Source: Mobula hypostoma (taxonomy: Eukaryota). From it: a DNA stretch of 64,000 bases. Shown piece after piece: positions 21,394 through 33,936 of this stretch. Positions within the stretch are counted from its first letter, which is position 1, and each line of letters opens with the position of its first letter. Location: contig NC_086100.1 in assembly GCF_963921235.1 (NCBI RefSeq), forward strand, positions 200,696,001 to 200,760,000. Direction: 5' to 3'. The notes under the pieces were generated by a model, which was not told where the DNA came from, did no database searches, and saw only the letters and a program-made list of their open reading frames with translations. The translations under genes and the position numbers were made by a program.

Positions 21394-24300
21394 GGGCTTG
21401 GACTTCCGGGTCATCAAGGGAATGGCGGCGTAAGGAAAAGGTCTCTCGACAAAAAAGAAGGTAAACTGCCCCAAAATCGAATTTAGACAAATACTTAATA
21501 TTTTATAACTATATTAATAAAAGGGGCAAGGATGATGTCTAAGAACAAGATTAAAAAGTCCGCTCAGAAGGCTGATAAACACAAAGAGATGCAGCAAGGC
21601 GACGGGCCTAGCTCCCCCACGGCAAGTCAGGACGGAGAGAATGAGGAGGAATCTGTGACTCTGTCTTTGATTCTCGGAGAGATTCGCAAGTTCCGACAAG
21701 ATAACAGCAAAGAGCTGGAAGATATTAAATGAGAAATAGTAAAAACTAATTTGAGGTTAGATGAAGCCGAAGCGAGGATTGTTGGAATTGAAGAGAAGCT
21801 ACAAAACGCCGAGGAAGTGATAGCAGAAATGCTAAAGCTACAAGACCAGCTCCAGTGGAAACTAATAGATCAAGAAGGCCGCTCGAGAAGGGAAAACGTG
21901 AGGATCTACGGAGTTCCCAAAGGAACTGAAGGTAAACCCGGATTGATGATTCCCTTCGTGGAGAAGCTGCTTAGAGAGAACCTTGATATACCGGCCGCAA
22001 AAGACCTACAGATCGAAAGGGCTCACCGCGCGTTGGCACCACAGCCTCCAGCAGGCGCCCAGCCCAGATCGATTCTGGTCAGATTTCTCAGTTACAGAAC
22101 GAAGGAAGAGGTGCTTAAAAGAGCATGGCAAAAGAAAGGTTTCATGTGGAACAACTGCAAAATCAGTTTAGACCACGACTACGCACCGGGGATTCTTGCC
22201 AGGCAGAAGGAATATACGGAAACACGGAGAGTCCTGAAGGAAAACAACATCAGATTCCAGACCCTGTATCCAGCTCGGCTGAGAGTCTTTTACAACAAAG
22301 GGACAAAAACTTATGCTACGGTGGAGGAGGCAACGTTGGACCTGGCGGACCGGGGACTACCTAGTAAAGTTATCACCCAACTGGAGTCGCTACTGGAGAG
22401 GATTCGGCAGAAGTCATGGCAGCCAGTGCGGCGAGGATGCTCCACACGAACCAGAGTGTCAAACTACAAGGAAAAGCTGCAAATATTCAGACGCGAATGT
22501 ACAGAGAATACAGATTAATTAAGAGAAATGACTGAAAAGAGTAAATCGGACTTAAAGGTAAAATGAAAGCTGGTAACTGAAAATAAACTAGATGGAATAA
22601 CTTGAATGATAGCAATATGGTCGAGACATAAATAGGAGAAAATTCTCTATGATTATTCAAACTGCTGAGGGCCCTCTAACACAGGGTGAAGATAGAGGTT
22701 ATCCCTCTGAACTGAGGCGGGTCGGTGCTCAGGCCTCACTGTGGGAAGTCGGGAAAAATTTTCAAATGTTACACGTTCAAAAATGTCTAGGGTGTGGTTA
22801 TATGTCTTGGTTTACTGTTGAGAAGGGATTGCTTACTGTTTGGTTAGAAAAGGAGAGTGTTTTTTCTACTAGAGAAAAATGCAAATTGAATTGGTAAAAA
22901 TAATTTCCTATAATGTTAATGAGGTTTTGAATCCAATTAAAAGAATTAAGAATATGTCTAAATTGAAAAAAGAGAGGGCACAAATAGCTTTCCTCCAGGA
23001 AACACATATGAGCCAATCTGAACATGGAAAATTAAAAAGAATGGGCTTTAAGCATGTATTTTATTCATCATATAAATTGAGCCTCAAAAGAGGGGTAGCT
23101 ACTTTAATATCAGGTACTCTTAATTATGAACATATTTCAGAGACTAAAGACAAAGATGGAAGATTTGTAAAAATTACAGGAAGAATAGAAGGTACAGAAA
23201 TAACACTGCTGAATGTTTATGCTCCTCCAGAGTCAACATGGCTTTGTGCGTGGTAGGTCATGTTTGACCAATCTGTTGGAGTTTTTCGAGGAGGTTACCA
23301 GGAAAATGGATGAAGGGAAGGCGGTGGATATCGTCTACATGGATTTCAGTAAGGCCTTTGACAAGGTCCCGCATAGGAGGTTAGTTAGGAAAATTCAGTC
23401 GCTAGGTATACATGGAGAGGTGGTAAATTGGATTAGACATTGGCTCGATGGAAGAAACCAGAGAGTGGTAGTTGAGAATTGCTTCTCTGAGTGGAGGCCT
23501 GTGACTAGTGGTGTGCCACAGGGATCAGTGCTAGGTCCATTGTTATTTGTCATCTATATCAATGATCTGGATGATAATGTGGTAAATTGGATCAGCAAAT
23601 TTGCTGATGATACAAAGATTGGAGGTGCAGTAGACAGTGAGGAAGGTTTTCAGCGCCTGCAGAGGGACTTGGACCAGCTGGAAAAATGGGCTGAGAAATG
23701 GCAGAAGGAGTTTAATACAGACAAGTGTGAGGTATTGCACGTTGGAAGGACAAACCAAGTTAGAACATACAGGGTTAATGGTAAGGCACTGAGGAGTGCA
23801 GTAAAACAGAGGGATTTGGGAATACAGATACAAAATTCCCTAAAAGTGGCATCACAGGTAGATAGGGTTGTAAAGAGAGCTTTTGGTACATTGGCCTTTA
23901 TTAATCAAATTATTGAGTATAAGAGCTGAAATGTTATGATGAGGTTGTATAAGGCATTGGTGAGGCCAAATCTGGAGTATTGTGTTCAGTTTTGGTCACC
24001 AAATTACAGGAAGGATAAAAATAAGGTTGAAAGAGTGCAGAGAAGGTTTACAAGGATGTTGCCAGGACTTGAGAAACTCAGTTACAGAGAAAGGTTGAAT
24101 AGGTTAGGACTTTATTCCCTGGAGCGTAGAAGAATGAGGGGAGATTTGATAGAAGTATATAAAATTATGATGGGTATAAAGTCCATCAAGCAAGCAGGCT
24201 TTTTCCACTGAGGCAAGGGGAGAAAAAAACCAGAGGACATGGGTTAAGGGTGAGGGGGGAAAAGTTTAAAGGGAACATTACAGGGGGCTTCTTCACACAG

Positions 24301-26363
24301 AGAGTGGTGGGAGTATGGAATGAACTGCCAGATGAGGTGGTAAATGCGAGTTGTTTTTCAACATTTAAGAATAAATTGGACAGATACATGGATGGGAGGT
24401 GTATGGAGTGATATGGTCCGTGTGTAGGTCAGTGGGACTAGGCAGAAAATGGTTTGGCACAGCCAAGAAGGGCCAAAAGGCCTGTTTCTGTGCTGTAGTT
24501 TCTATGGTTTCTATGATTTCCCGCTTCATTTGGCAAGGAAACAAACCTAGAATTCGATATAACACCTTACAGTTAGGGAAGGAAGGAGGAGGTATGGTTC
24601 TTCCTTCCTTGAGAAATTGTTTTTATGCCTCACAGATAACCCCTCTGTTATATTGGTGTAATAGGGAATATAAGGCTAGATGGAAAGAAATAGAATTTGG
24701 ATTGGTTGACAGTTTTCCTCTACAGGCTTCAATAGCTGACAAAGGATTGATGGCCCAATTGGAAAAATTTAAAAACAGTTGGATAAATCTTACATTAAAA
24801 GTATGGCAGAAGGTGATTAATTCATGTGGAATTAATAACATGTTAAAACTCTTTAGATGGTGTGCATATGATACCGAAATCCTTCCCAACAGAGGAGATA
24901 AAAGATTTGAACTACGGATAAAGAAAGGTCTTACAACCTACTTCTCATTTATACATAAAAGAGTATCACAAAGTTTCCAAATCCTGCAGGACAAACGTGG
25001 CCTAGAACACAATGACTTTTTTAGGTACCTTCAAGTACGAAACTATGTTAACCAGAGTTGTAAATATACAGATCTATCAACAGTAGAATTAGAATTTTTC
25101 AAGATTCTGAATTCGGCTTGCAGTTCAATACCTAGTAAATCAGTTTCTTGATCATATAATGCACTCTCCCATGCTAAAAATGTAAACACATTGTATATTA
25201 AAGAGAAGTGGGAGAAAGAAGCGGGGTTGGTACTTTCAGAGGAGGCTTGGGGGAAAATATGCAGCTTTCAGTGGTCTTCCACTAATTCTTTGACTTGGAG
25301 AGAACATTGTTGGAAAAATATTATAAGATACTTCAAGACTCCATATCAGGAAAAATATAAAGACACACACGTGACATGTTGGAGAAGGTGCGGCTCCAAG
25401 GAGGCAAATCATTTCCATATTTTCTTGGATTGCCCTAAATTAAGTTTATATTGGGAAGGTATTCATAGAACATTAGTTAAGGTACTTAGGTCCCAGATAC
25501 CCCTGAACTTTGGGACGCTCTATTTGGGGAATGTATTGTTTCTTGAACAGAAGGAAGATATAAAGTTGCTGCAGGCCCTTTTAGCGGCAAGTAAGAAATC
25601 AATTACTAGAAAGTGGCTAAATCCAATACCACCTACATTAGAAGATTGGCATGAAATTATCTTGGAAATATTTAAAATGGAAAAGTTGACTTACTCTCTA
25701 AGAATTCTAAAAGAAAAATTTTATCAAATTTGGAATAAGTGGATTGAATATATAACCCCAATGCGAGCAGACTTTAGATGACTCTCCTAATGATTTATAC
25801 TGCTCTTCTCATCAACACAGTAATATTGCTAACGTAAGCACCCCGGTCTAAATGTTTACTGTTTTTGTTTTTTTTTGGAAAATAGAGAATTAATACAAGT
25901 AAAGGAAAAGATTTGGGAAAGGGTTAAAAAATGATAAAATAAAGTAAATAAGTACATAGGGATTGGATAATTATATCTGGGGGCAGGAGCAAGCATGAAC
26001 AAGTTAGGATATAAACACCTACAATGGTAGTTACATAAGCTTACATACAACATTTTGGACCAGAAGAAATGGTCCAGAAGAGATATATGGAAACTATTAT
26101 TAATCCACTATTATTACTATTTTTCTTAACAACTAATACCATTACTTAGACTAATAGATTAGAATTTCCACAGTACATAATTATCTATTTAAGTGTCTAA
26201 TTTCTTTTTATATCATCTCAATGTGTACTTAAGAATGTATAAATAATTATAGTTTTATACATATAAAAAATGGAAAAGGTTATACATGTGAAAAAAGTAC
26301 ATGATACTTGTGAATTCCTTATCCAAATAAAAATAAAATTTAAAAAAAGAAAATAAAAAAAAA
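21394..26363 (+). mobile_element. L1-type LINE with ORF1, truncated ORF2 and poly(A) tail
   Basis: 17-bp TSD gaaatgtataaaatcct (21377-21393, 26364-26380). L1 ORF1 (EGRSRRENVRIYGV, IERAHR, LYPARLRV) with one stop at 21730. ORF2 endonuclease from 22879 (AFLQETH, LNVYAP). C-terminal CWRRC...HIFLDCP. AATAAA plus A-rich tail. Confidence 0.95.
23228..24515 (+). mobile_element. 5'-truncated CR1 (RT to 3' tail) inside L1 ORF2
   Basis: Reads QSQHGFVRGRSCLTNL...FADDTK...[13 protein letters not shown] and ends in tttctatggtttctatg. Confidence 0.92.
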
Positions 26364-26799
26364 GAAATGTATAAAATCCTAAAGGGATTGGACAGGCTAG
26401 ATGCAGGAAGATTGTTCCCAATGTTGGGGAAGTCCAGAACGAGGAGTCACAGTTTGAGGATAAAGGGGAAGCCTTTTAGAACCGAGATTAGGAAAAACTT
26501 CTTCACACAGAGAATTGTGAATCTGTGGAATTCTCTGCCACAGGAAACAGTGAGGCCAATTCATTGGCTACATTTAAGAGGGAGTTAGATATGGCCCTTG
26601 TGGCTAAAGGGATCGGGGGTATGGAGAGAAGGCTGGTACAGAGTTCTGAGTTGGATGATCAGCCATGATCATACTGAATGGTGGTGCAGGCTCGAAGGGC
26701 CAAATGGCCTACTCCTGTACCTATTTTCTATGTTTCTATGACTGTGCCAAAGGTTAGGCTCCTACCCTTGTTCATGACTGCGCTAAAGGTCAGGAAGTT

Positions 26800-27795
26800 G
26801 TGGTCAGAGTCTCCAAAGTTCTTTCCCACCAATGGATCTGTCATCTGACCAGGTTGATTCCCTAGTACTTCATCCAGTATGGAAGGTTTCATGATTGGTC
26901 TCGGCCTGAAACGTTGCCTGTTTTTTCCTTTCCATAGGTGCTGCCTGATCTGCTGAGTTCCTCCATCATTTTGTATGTGGCCTCACCTCTAGTTGGTCTG
27001 TCTGTGTATTGGCTCAGCAATCCTTCCCAGACACATCTAATAAATTCTGCCCCATCTGAACCTTCTGCCATGAGGAGATGCCAGTCATAGAGTTATAGAG
27101 TCATAGAACATTACAGCTCAGAAAGAGGCCTTTTGGCCCATTTAGTCCATGATGGCCTGGCCTTCTGCATAATTCCATCTACCCACACTGAGACATAAAC
27201 CTTCATAGCCCCACAATCCATGTACTTCTACAAAATTCTCTTCAATGTTACAATTGAAGCTGCAACTTCCACTTCACTGGCAACTCTGTCCACACTCGCA
27301 CTGACCTCTGAGTGGAGACGTTTCCCCAGATTCCCATTAAATATATTGAAGAGCCTTATTTGAGCTGGACGTCTGTAATTAGTGGAGATCCACAGGGATC
27401 TGTGCTGAGACCTCAGCACTTTGTAATGTACATAAATGAATGACCTGAGTGAAAATGTAGATTAGTGGGTTAGAAAACTTGTGGATGACTCCAAGGTTGG
27501 TGGAGTTGTGGATAGTGTAGAAGATGAGCAAAGAATACAGCATGATATAGATCAGTTGCAGATATGGGCTGGGAAATGGCAGATGCAGTTTAAACAGGGT
27601 AAATGTGAGGTGTGGAACTTTGGTAGGGCAAATGCAAAGAGCCAGTACACCGTTAACTCTGCACACTGTTACTGAGCAGAGAGATCTTGAGATCTAACTT
27701 TGGATCTCCTTGAAAGTAACAACACAGGTTCATAAAGTGGTTAAGAAGGCTCATGGAATGAGTTGCTTTTATTAGTTGAGGCAGAGTTCAAATGT
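26800..27795. mobile_element. Mosaic of CR1 and Penelope fragments
   Basis: Penelope terminal piece at about 26890-26975, minus-strand CR1 3' end at about 27085-27345 and plus-strand CR1 RT piece at about 27360-27795. Confidence 0.65.
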
Positions 27796-27809
27796 GCAGA
27801 GGTTTTGTT

Positions 27810-29687
27810 GCAAAATGGATGAAAAATGGGAAGGTACGCATGTGCGTGGACTACAGGACCCTGAACCGGCGCACTGTCCCTGACCAGTATTCGGTCTTGA
27901 GGGTTGAAGACGCGTTGGCCTGTCTGAGTGGTGCCCAGTGGTTTAGTGTATTGGATTTGCGGAGTGGGTATTACCAGATTCCAAAGACTGAGGAAGATTA
28001 AGAGAATACGGCATTCATCTGTCCCCTGGGATTCTTTCAGTTCGATCGAATTCCCCAAGGCATATCTGGGGCCCCAGCCACCTTCCAGAGGCTCACGGAG
28101 AGGACAGTGGGGGATATGAACTTGCTCGAGGTGTTGGTGTATCTGGATGACATGATAGTGTTTGGATCTACTTTGGAGGAACATGAGGAGCAGCTGCTGA
28201 AGGTGTTGAGTCAGCTAAAGAAGGAGGAAGGGTTGAAACTTTCCCTGGACAAATGCCAGTTCTGCAAGACATCTGTCGGCTATGTCGGACACATAATATC
28301 GTGAAAGGGAGTGGCTACTGATCCGGCTAAGATAGACGCAGTGACTACTTGGCCAAGACCCCAGACGGTGAGTGCCCTGGGCTCATTTTTGGGGTTCTGT
28401 GAGTATTATTGGCGATTCGTGAAAGGATATGCGAAAATGAGTCAACCATTGACCCAGCTTTTGTGCAGCTATCCCCCCGTGGGGAAGAAAAGGAAGGGAG
28501 ACGGAGGGCAGGAGGATATCAGAACCTGTCAGAACCCTTTGGACCAAGGTGGGATGCCCAATGTGAGGAGGTGTTCCAATGGCTGAAAAGGGCGCTGACA
28601 CAGGCCCCGGTGTTGGCTTTTGCCGACTCCCGGAAGCCGTATGTGCTACACACTGATGCCAGCCGAGAGGGTCTGGGGTCTGTCCTGTACCAGGAGCAGG
28701 GCAACGGATTGAGGCCGGTGACGTTTGTCAGCCGAAGTTTGTCACCTTCTGAGAGAAACTATCCCACTCACAAGTTGGAATTCCTGGCGCTGAAATGGGC
28801 GGTGGTGGACAAGTTGAGCGATTATCTAAACGGGGTCAAGTTTGAGGTGAGGACGGACAACAATCCTCTCACTTATATTCTGACCTCGGCGAAACTGGAC
28901 GCTACAGGGCATCGGTGGTTGGCGGCCTTGTCTGCCTATGAGTTCAGCCTGAAGTACCGGCCAGGGAGCCGGAACATCGATGCAGATGCTTTATCTCGTC
29001 GGGCGCATGAGGGATCGGGCATGGATGAGGAGTGGGAGAGCGTTCCTGCCCTGAGAGCGAAGGCCATGTGTCAATTTGTGAGCGACGGGGAAGCAGGAGT
29101 CCCGCTGGGGCCGGATTGGGCAGTGGATCAATTGGGGGCTGATGATGACGCGCTACCCACTATTTACTGTAATTTTGACTGCTCTGAAGAACAAGCAGTT
29201 GCCGGAGGTGAGCCCCCAGGAAGTGGGGGCGGCTCAGCGTGATGACCCGGGCATTGGCACTATCTGGTACGTGGTTAAACAGGGGGATATGGCTCAGGCA
29301 GAGAAGGCGAAGCACGCCTCAGTGCCCCTATTACTGCAGGAGTGGCCTCGGTTGAAGCTGAAGAACCAAACCTTGTACCGGGTCACGTTGCCCCTGGACC
29401 ACTCCCGACGCTGCCAGCTGGTCCTGCCTGAGCAGCATCGGAAGACTGTGCTCCAGGCACTACAAGATGATTCTGGGCACGGGGGTAGAGAAGACCTATG
29501 GATTAGTCAAGGACCGGTTTTACTGGCCCCGGATGAGGGGGAGTTTGAAGAATACTGTAAGACCTGTAGCCGTTGCGTCAGGAGAAAGACCCTGCCTGCG
29601 CAGGCAGCCCCGTTATCCCACTTGCAGAGTGCGGGACCCATGGACCTGGTGTGTATGGATTTCCTGTCTATTGAGCCAGACACCAGC
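27810..29687 (+). mobile_element. Ty3/Gypsy pol fragment (RT, RNase H, integrase N-terminus), no LTRs visible
   Basis: RT motifs RMCVDYRTLN, LDLRSGYYQI and VYLDD. RNase H motifs LHTDASREGLG, KLEFLALKWAV, TDNNPL and NIDADALSR. Integrase zinc-finger remnant followed by DLVCMDF. Confidence 0.92.
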
Positions 29688-31338
29688 AACATAGAACATA
29701 GAATAGTACAGCACAGTACAGGACCTTCGGCCACAATGTTGTGCCGACCCTCAAACCCTGCCTCCCATATAAGCCCCCACCTTAAATTCCTCCACATACC
29801 TGTCTAGTAGTCTCTTAAACTTCACTAGTGTATTTGCCTCCACCACTGACTCAGGCAGTGCATTCCACGCACCAACCACTCTCTGAGTAAAAAACCTTCC
29901 TCTAATATCCCCCTTGAACTTCCCACCCCTTACCTTAAAGCCATGTCCTCTTGTATTGAGCAGTGGTGCCCTGGGGAAGAGGCACTGGCTATCCACTCTA
30001 TCTATTCCTCTTATTATCTTGTACACCTCTATCATGTCTCCTCTTATCCTCCTTCTCTCCAAAGAGTAAAGCCCTAGCTCCCTTAATCTCTGATCATAAT
30101 GCATACTTTCTAAACCAGGCAGCATCCTGGTAAATCTCCTCTGTACCCTTTCCAATGCTTCCACATCCTTCCTATAGTGAGGTGACCAGAACTGGACACA
30201 ATACTCCAAGTGTGGCCTAACCAGAGTTTTATAGAGCTGCATCATTACATCGCGACTCTTAAACTCTATCCCTCGACTTATGAAAGCTAACACCCCATAA
30301 GCTTTCTTAACTACCCTATCCACCTGTGAGGCAATTTTCAGGCCTACTCCTGCACCTATTTTCTATGTTTTCTAATCTGTGGACATGTACCCCGAGATCC
30401 CTCTGCTCCTCCACACTACCAAGTATCCTGCCATTTACTATGTACTCTACCTTGGAGTTTGTCCTTCCAAAGTGTACCACCTCACACTTCTCCGGGTTGA
30501 ACTCTATCTGCCACTTCTTAGCCCACTTCTGCATCCTATCAATGTCTCTCTGCAATCTTTGACAATCCTCTACACTATCTACAACACCACCAACCTTTGT
30601 GTCATCTGCAAACTTGCCAACCCACCCTTCTACCCCGACATCCAGGTCGTTAATAAAAATCACGAAAAGTAGAGGTCCCAGAACAGATCCTTGTGGGACA
30701 CCACTAGTCACAATCTTCCAATCTGAATGTACTCCCTCCACCACCACCCTCTGCCTTCTGCAGGCAAGCCAATTCTGAATCCATCTGGCCAAACTTCCCT
30801 GGATCCCATGCCTTCTAACTTTCTGAATAAGCCTACCGTGTGGAACCTTGTCAAATGCCTTACTAAAATCCATATAGATCACATCCACTGCACTACCCTC
30901 ATCTATATGCCTGGTCACCTCCTCAAAGAACTCTATCAGGCTTGTTAGACATGATCTACCCTTCACAAAGCCATGCTGACTGTCCCTGATCAGACCATGA
31001 TTCTCTAAATGCCTATAGATCCTATCTCTAAGAATCTTTTCCAACAGCTTTCCCACCACAGACGTAAGGCTCACTGGTCTATAATTACCTGGACTATCCC
31101 TACTACCTTTTTTGAACAAGGGAACAACATTTGCCTCCCTCCAATCCTCCGGTACCATTCCCGTGGACAATGAGGACATGAAGATCCTAGCCAGAGGCTC
31201 AGCAATCTCTTCTCTCGCCTCGTGGAGCAGCCTGGGGAATATTCCGTCAGGCCCCGGGGACTTATCTGTCCTAACATATTTTAACAACTCCAACACCTCC
31301 TCTCCCTTAATATCAGCATGCTCCAGAACATCAACCTC
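29688..31338 (-). mobile_element. Young 5'-truncated CR1 with nearly intact RT
   Basis: ORFs 30316-31296 and 29751-30323 carry the full RT motifs. The tail catagaacatagaa lies at the left end. A short inverted CR1 tail fragment is inserted at about 30341-30374. Confidence 0.93.
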
Positions 31339-31339
31339 T

Positions 31340-32020
31340 GCTGATTAGAAAGGATATACTAAGGGTTCAAAGAAGATTCATGAAAATGATTCCAGGATCG
31401 AAAGGGTTAGCATATGAGGAACGTCTGGCAGCTCTTGGGCTGTATTCCCTGGAGTTCAGGAGAATGAAGGGGGTTATTTCCCATGGTAGGGGAGTCGAGG
31501 ACATGAGGGCATGACTTCAGGATGAAAGGATGTCCATCTAGAACAGAGATGCGGAGAAATTACTTTAGTCAGAGGGTGGTAAATCTCTGGAATTTGTTGC
31601 CATGAGCAGCTGTGGAGGCCAAGTCATTGGGTGCATTTAAGGTAGAGGTTCTTGATTAACCAGGGCATCAAAAGGTATGAGGAGTAGGCACAGGATTAGG
31701 GATGACTGGAAGAATTGAATCAGCCCATGACTGAACGGGGGAGCAGACTCAATGGGCCAAATGGCCTACTTCTGTTCCTATATCTTATGGTCTAATGTGT
31801 AGCATGCTCTCTCACTGGGACTTCTATGCGTTGATGAAAAACTTTCCTGAACACATTTGACAAACTCTGTCCCATCTAGTCCTTTGACAGTATGAGACTC
31901 CAGTCAAAATGTGGAAAGTTAATATCACCTACTATAGCAACCTTATATTCCTTGCAACAGTCGGCGATCTCCTTTTCAAGTTTGTTCCTCTAATTCTGTC
32001 GGACTGCTGCTGGTGTGTTA
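31340..32020. mobile_element. CR1 fragments (plus-strand 3' end at 31340-31795, then minus-strand endonuclease remnant)
   Basis: CR1 3' motif atggcctacttctgttcctatatcttatgg. Confidence 0.7.
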
Positions 32021-32039
32021 ACGTGGTCATAGCTTTCTG

Positions 32040-33090
32040 AGTATGGCATCAAGGTTGCTGAGCTGAAATGGAGTCAATGGGAATTAGGGGGAAAACCCTC
32101 CACTGGTTGGAATCATACCTGACACAAAGGAAGACGGTTGTGATGGTTGGAGGACAACCATCTCATCCTCAGGACATCACTGCGGGAGTTCCTCAGGCAA
32201 GTGTCTGAGGGACAACCATCTTCATTTGCGTCAACAGTGACCCTCCGTCTGTCATAAGGTCAGAAGTGGGGATGTTCACAGATGACAGCACAACGTTCTG
32301 CACCATTCGTGACTCCTCAGATAGTGAAGCAGTTCATACCCAAATGCAGCTGGACCTGGACAATCTCCAGGTTTGGGCTGACAAGTGGCACGTAACATTC
32401 GAGCCATGCAAGTGCCAGACAATGACCATCTCCAACAAGAGAGGCTCTAACCATCGTCCCTTAACATTCAGTGGCACCACCATCACTGAATCCCCTGCTA
32501 TCAACATCCTGGGGTTACCTTCAACAGGAAACTGAACTGCTCTCGCCATTTCGACACCGTGGCTACCACAGCAGGTCAAAGGCTAGGAACCCTGTGGAGT
32601 GTAACTTACCTTCTGATTCCCCAAAGCCTGTCCACTCAGGTCAGGTCAGGTCAGGTCAGGAATACTCACCACTCGCCTGGGTGAGTGCAACTCCATCGAC
32701 ACTCAAGAAGCTCGACACCATCCAGTACAAGGCAGCCCACTTGATTGGTTCCCCTTCCCAAAGCATCCAGTCCCTCCACCATCGACAAACAGTTCCAGTG
32801 TGTACTATCTACAAGATGCTCTGCAACAACACACCACAGTTCCTAAAGAAGCACCTTCCAGACCCACAACTGCTACCGTCTGGAAGAACAAGAGCAGCAG
32901 ATACCTGGGAACACCACCACTTGGAAATCCCCCTCCAAATCACTCACCATCCTGACCTGGAAACATATCACTTTCCCTCATTGTCACTGGGTCAAAATCA
33001 TGGAATCCCCTCCCTAACAGCACTGTGGGTGTCCCCACACCTCGGGGACTGCAGCAGATCAAGAAGGCAGCTCATCGCCACATGAGGCAA
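32040..33090 (+). mobile_element. L2/CR1-superfamily LINE RT fragment (a different family from the main CR1s)
   Basis: Remnants GVPQ..., MFTDDST, QLDLDNLQVWADKWHVTF and QVRS..EYSPLAW. Confidence 0.75.
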
Positions 33091-33370
33091 CTAGGGAAGG
33101 GCCTTGTTGCCCCATGCCTGACCAGACCAGTTATCCAGTTTGTCCTGACTGAGCACTGAACTGATATTATCTCTGACTAGTAACACCATCCCTCCTCTTT
33201 TAATCCATCCCACCCTGTCACAATTAATACAACAGAACCCTGGAATGTTGAGCTGCCAGTCCTGCCCCCTCCTGCAACCAGGTCTCACCAATGGCTACAA
33301 TGTCTGAGTCCCAGGTGTTGATCCATGCCTTCAGCTCACCTGACCTCCTATGATATTTCCTGCATTGAAA
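33090..33370 (-). mobile_element. CR1 endonuclease fragment
   Basis: Reads GQDWQLNIPGF...RGGMVLLVRDNI. Confidence 0.7.
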
Positions 33371-33589
33371 ACGACTGTACGCAGCTCAGGACACCAGTCG
33401 TGTTCTCAACATTATTTATCGATTAGTGTCATTATCAATTTGTTGTTTTTCTGTGTGTATTTGCAGAATGTACTGTCTTTCTCACACTGTCTGTCTTTGT
33501 TTTTCATTGATTCTGTGAATGCCCGCAGGAAAATGGATCATATGTAGATTGATAATAAATTTATTTTGAAGTTTGAATATTTCCGTGTG

Positions 33590-33749
33590 TTTCTCTGGGT
33601 ATAAACGTGTGTCATAAGGTCCTCTGGCCAAACACCACATCCCTCCCGACCTCGGAGTGTGTGTTGCCAAAGTCCCTTTAACGGTGGGACGTTGTACTCT
33701 GAGCTGAGCGTGTATTCTGAGAAACGTCCCGTCACAGTTCGCACGGAAC
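33590..33749 (+). promoter_or_regulatory. Putative promoter of the SDR gene
   Basis: TATAAA at 33600-33605, about 150 bp upstream of the ATG. A CpG-enriched segment spans exon 1 (about 33640-34090). Confidence 0.4.
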
Positions 33750-33936
33750 ATGGATCGCGTACAGCTCAGTTCCATTATCTCCGTCCTCTCCTCTCTCACC
33801 TCCCATCCTCTCTGGTTCGTGGCTTCCATCCTCCTTTACTTGGTGGTCCGGTTACAGAGGAAGGGCTGCTGGAGACCCAGGGATTGCCCCGTGGATCTCA
33901 ACGGCAAGACGGCCATCGTCACCGGATCCAACACAG
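33750..33936 (+). CDS. SDR gene exon 1
   Basis: MDRVQ...[11 protein letters not shown], donor G|gtaacg. Confidence 0.92.

Larger units (their letters stand above)
17695..26740 (+). mobile_element. Near full-length CR1 LINE containing a nested L1
   Basis: ORF1 from about 17983 (CxxC...CxxC plus Leu-rich coil, then SGNH esterase remnant). ORF2 pieces at 18955-19935 and 20119-21312 (FADDTK). Resumes at 26364 and ends in a tttctatg tail at about 26740. Confidence 0.92.
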
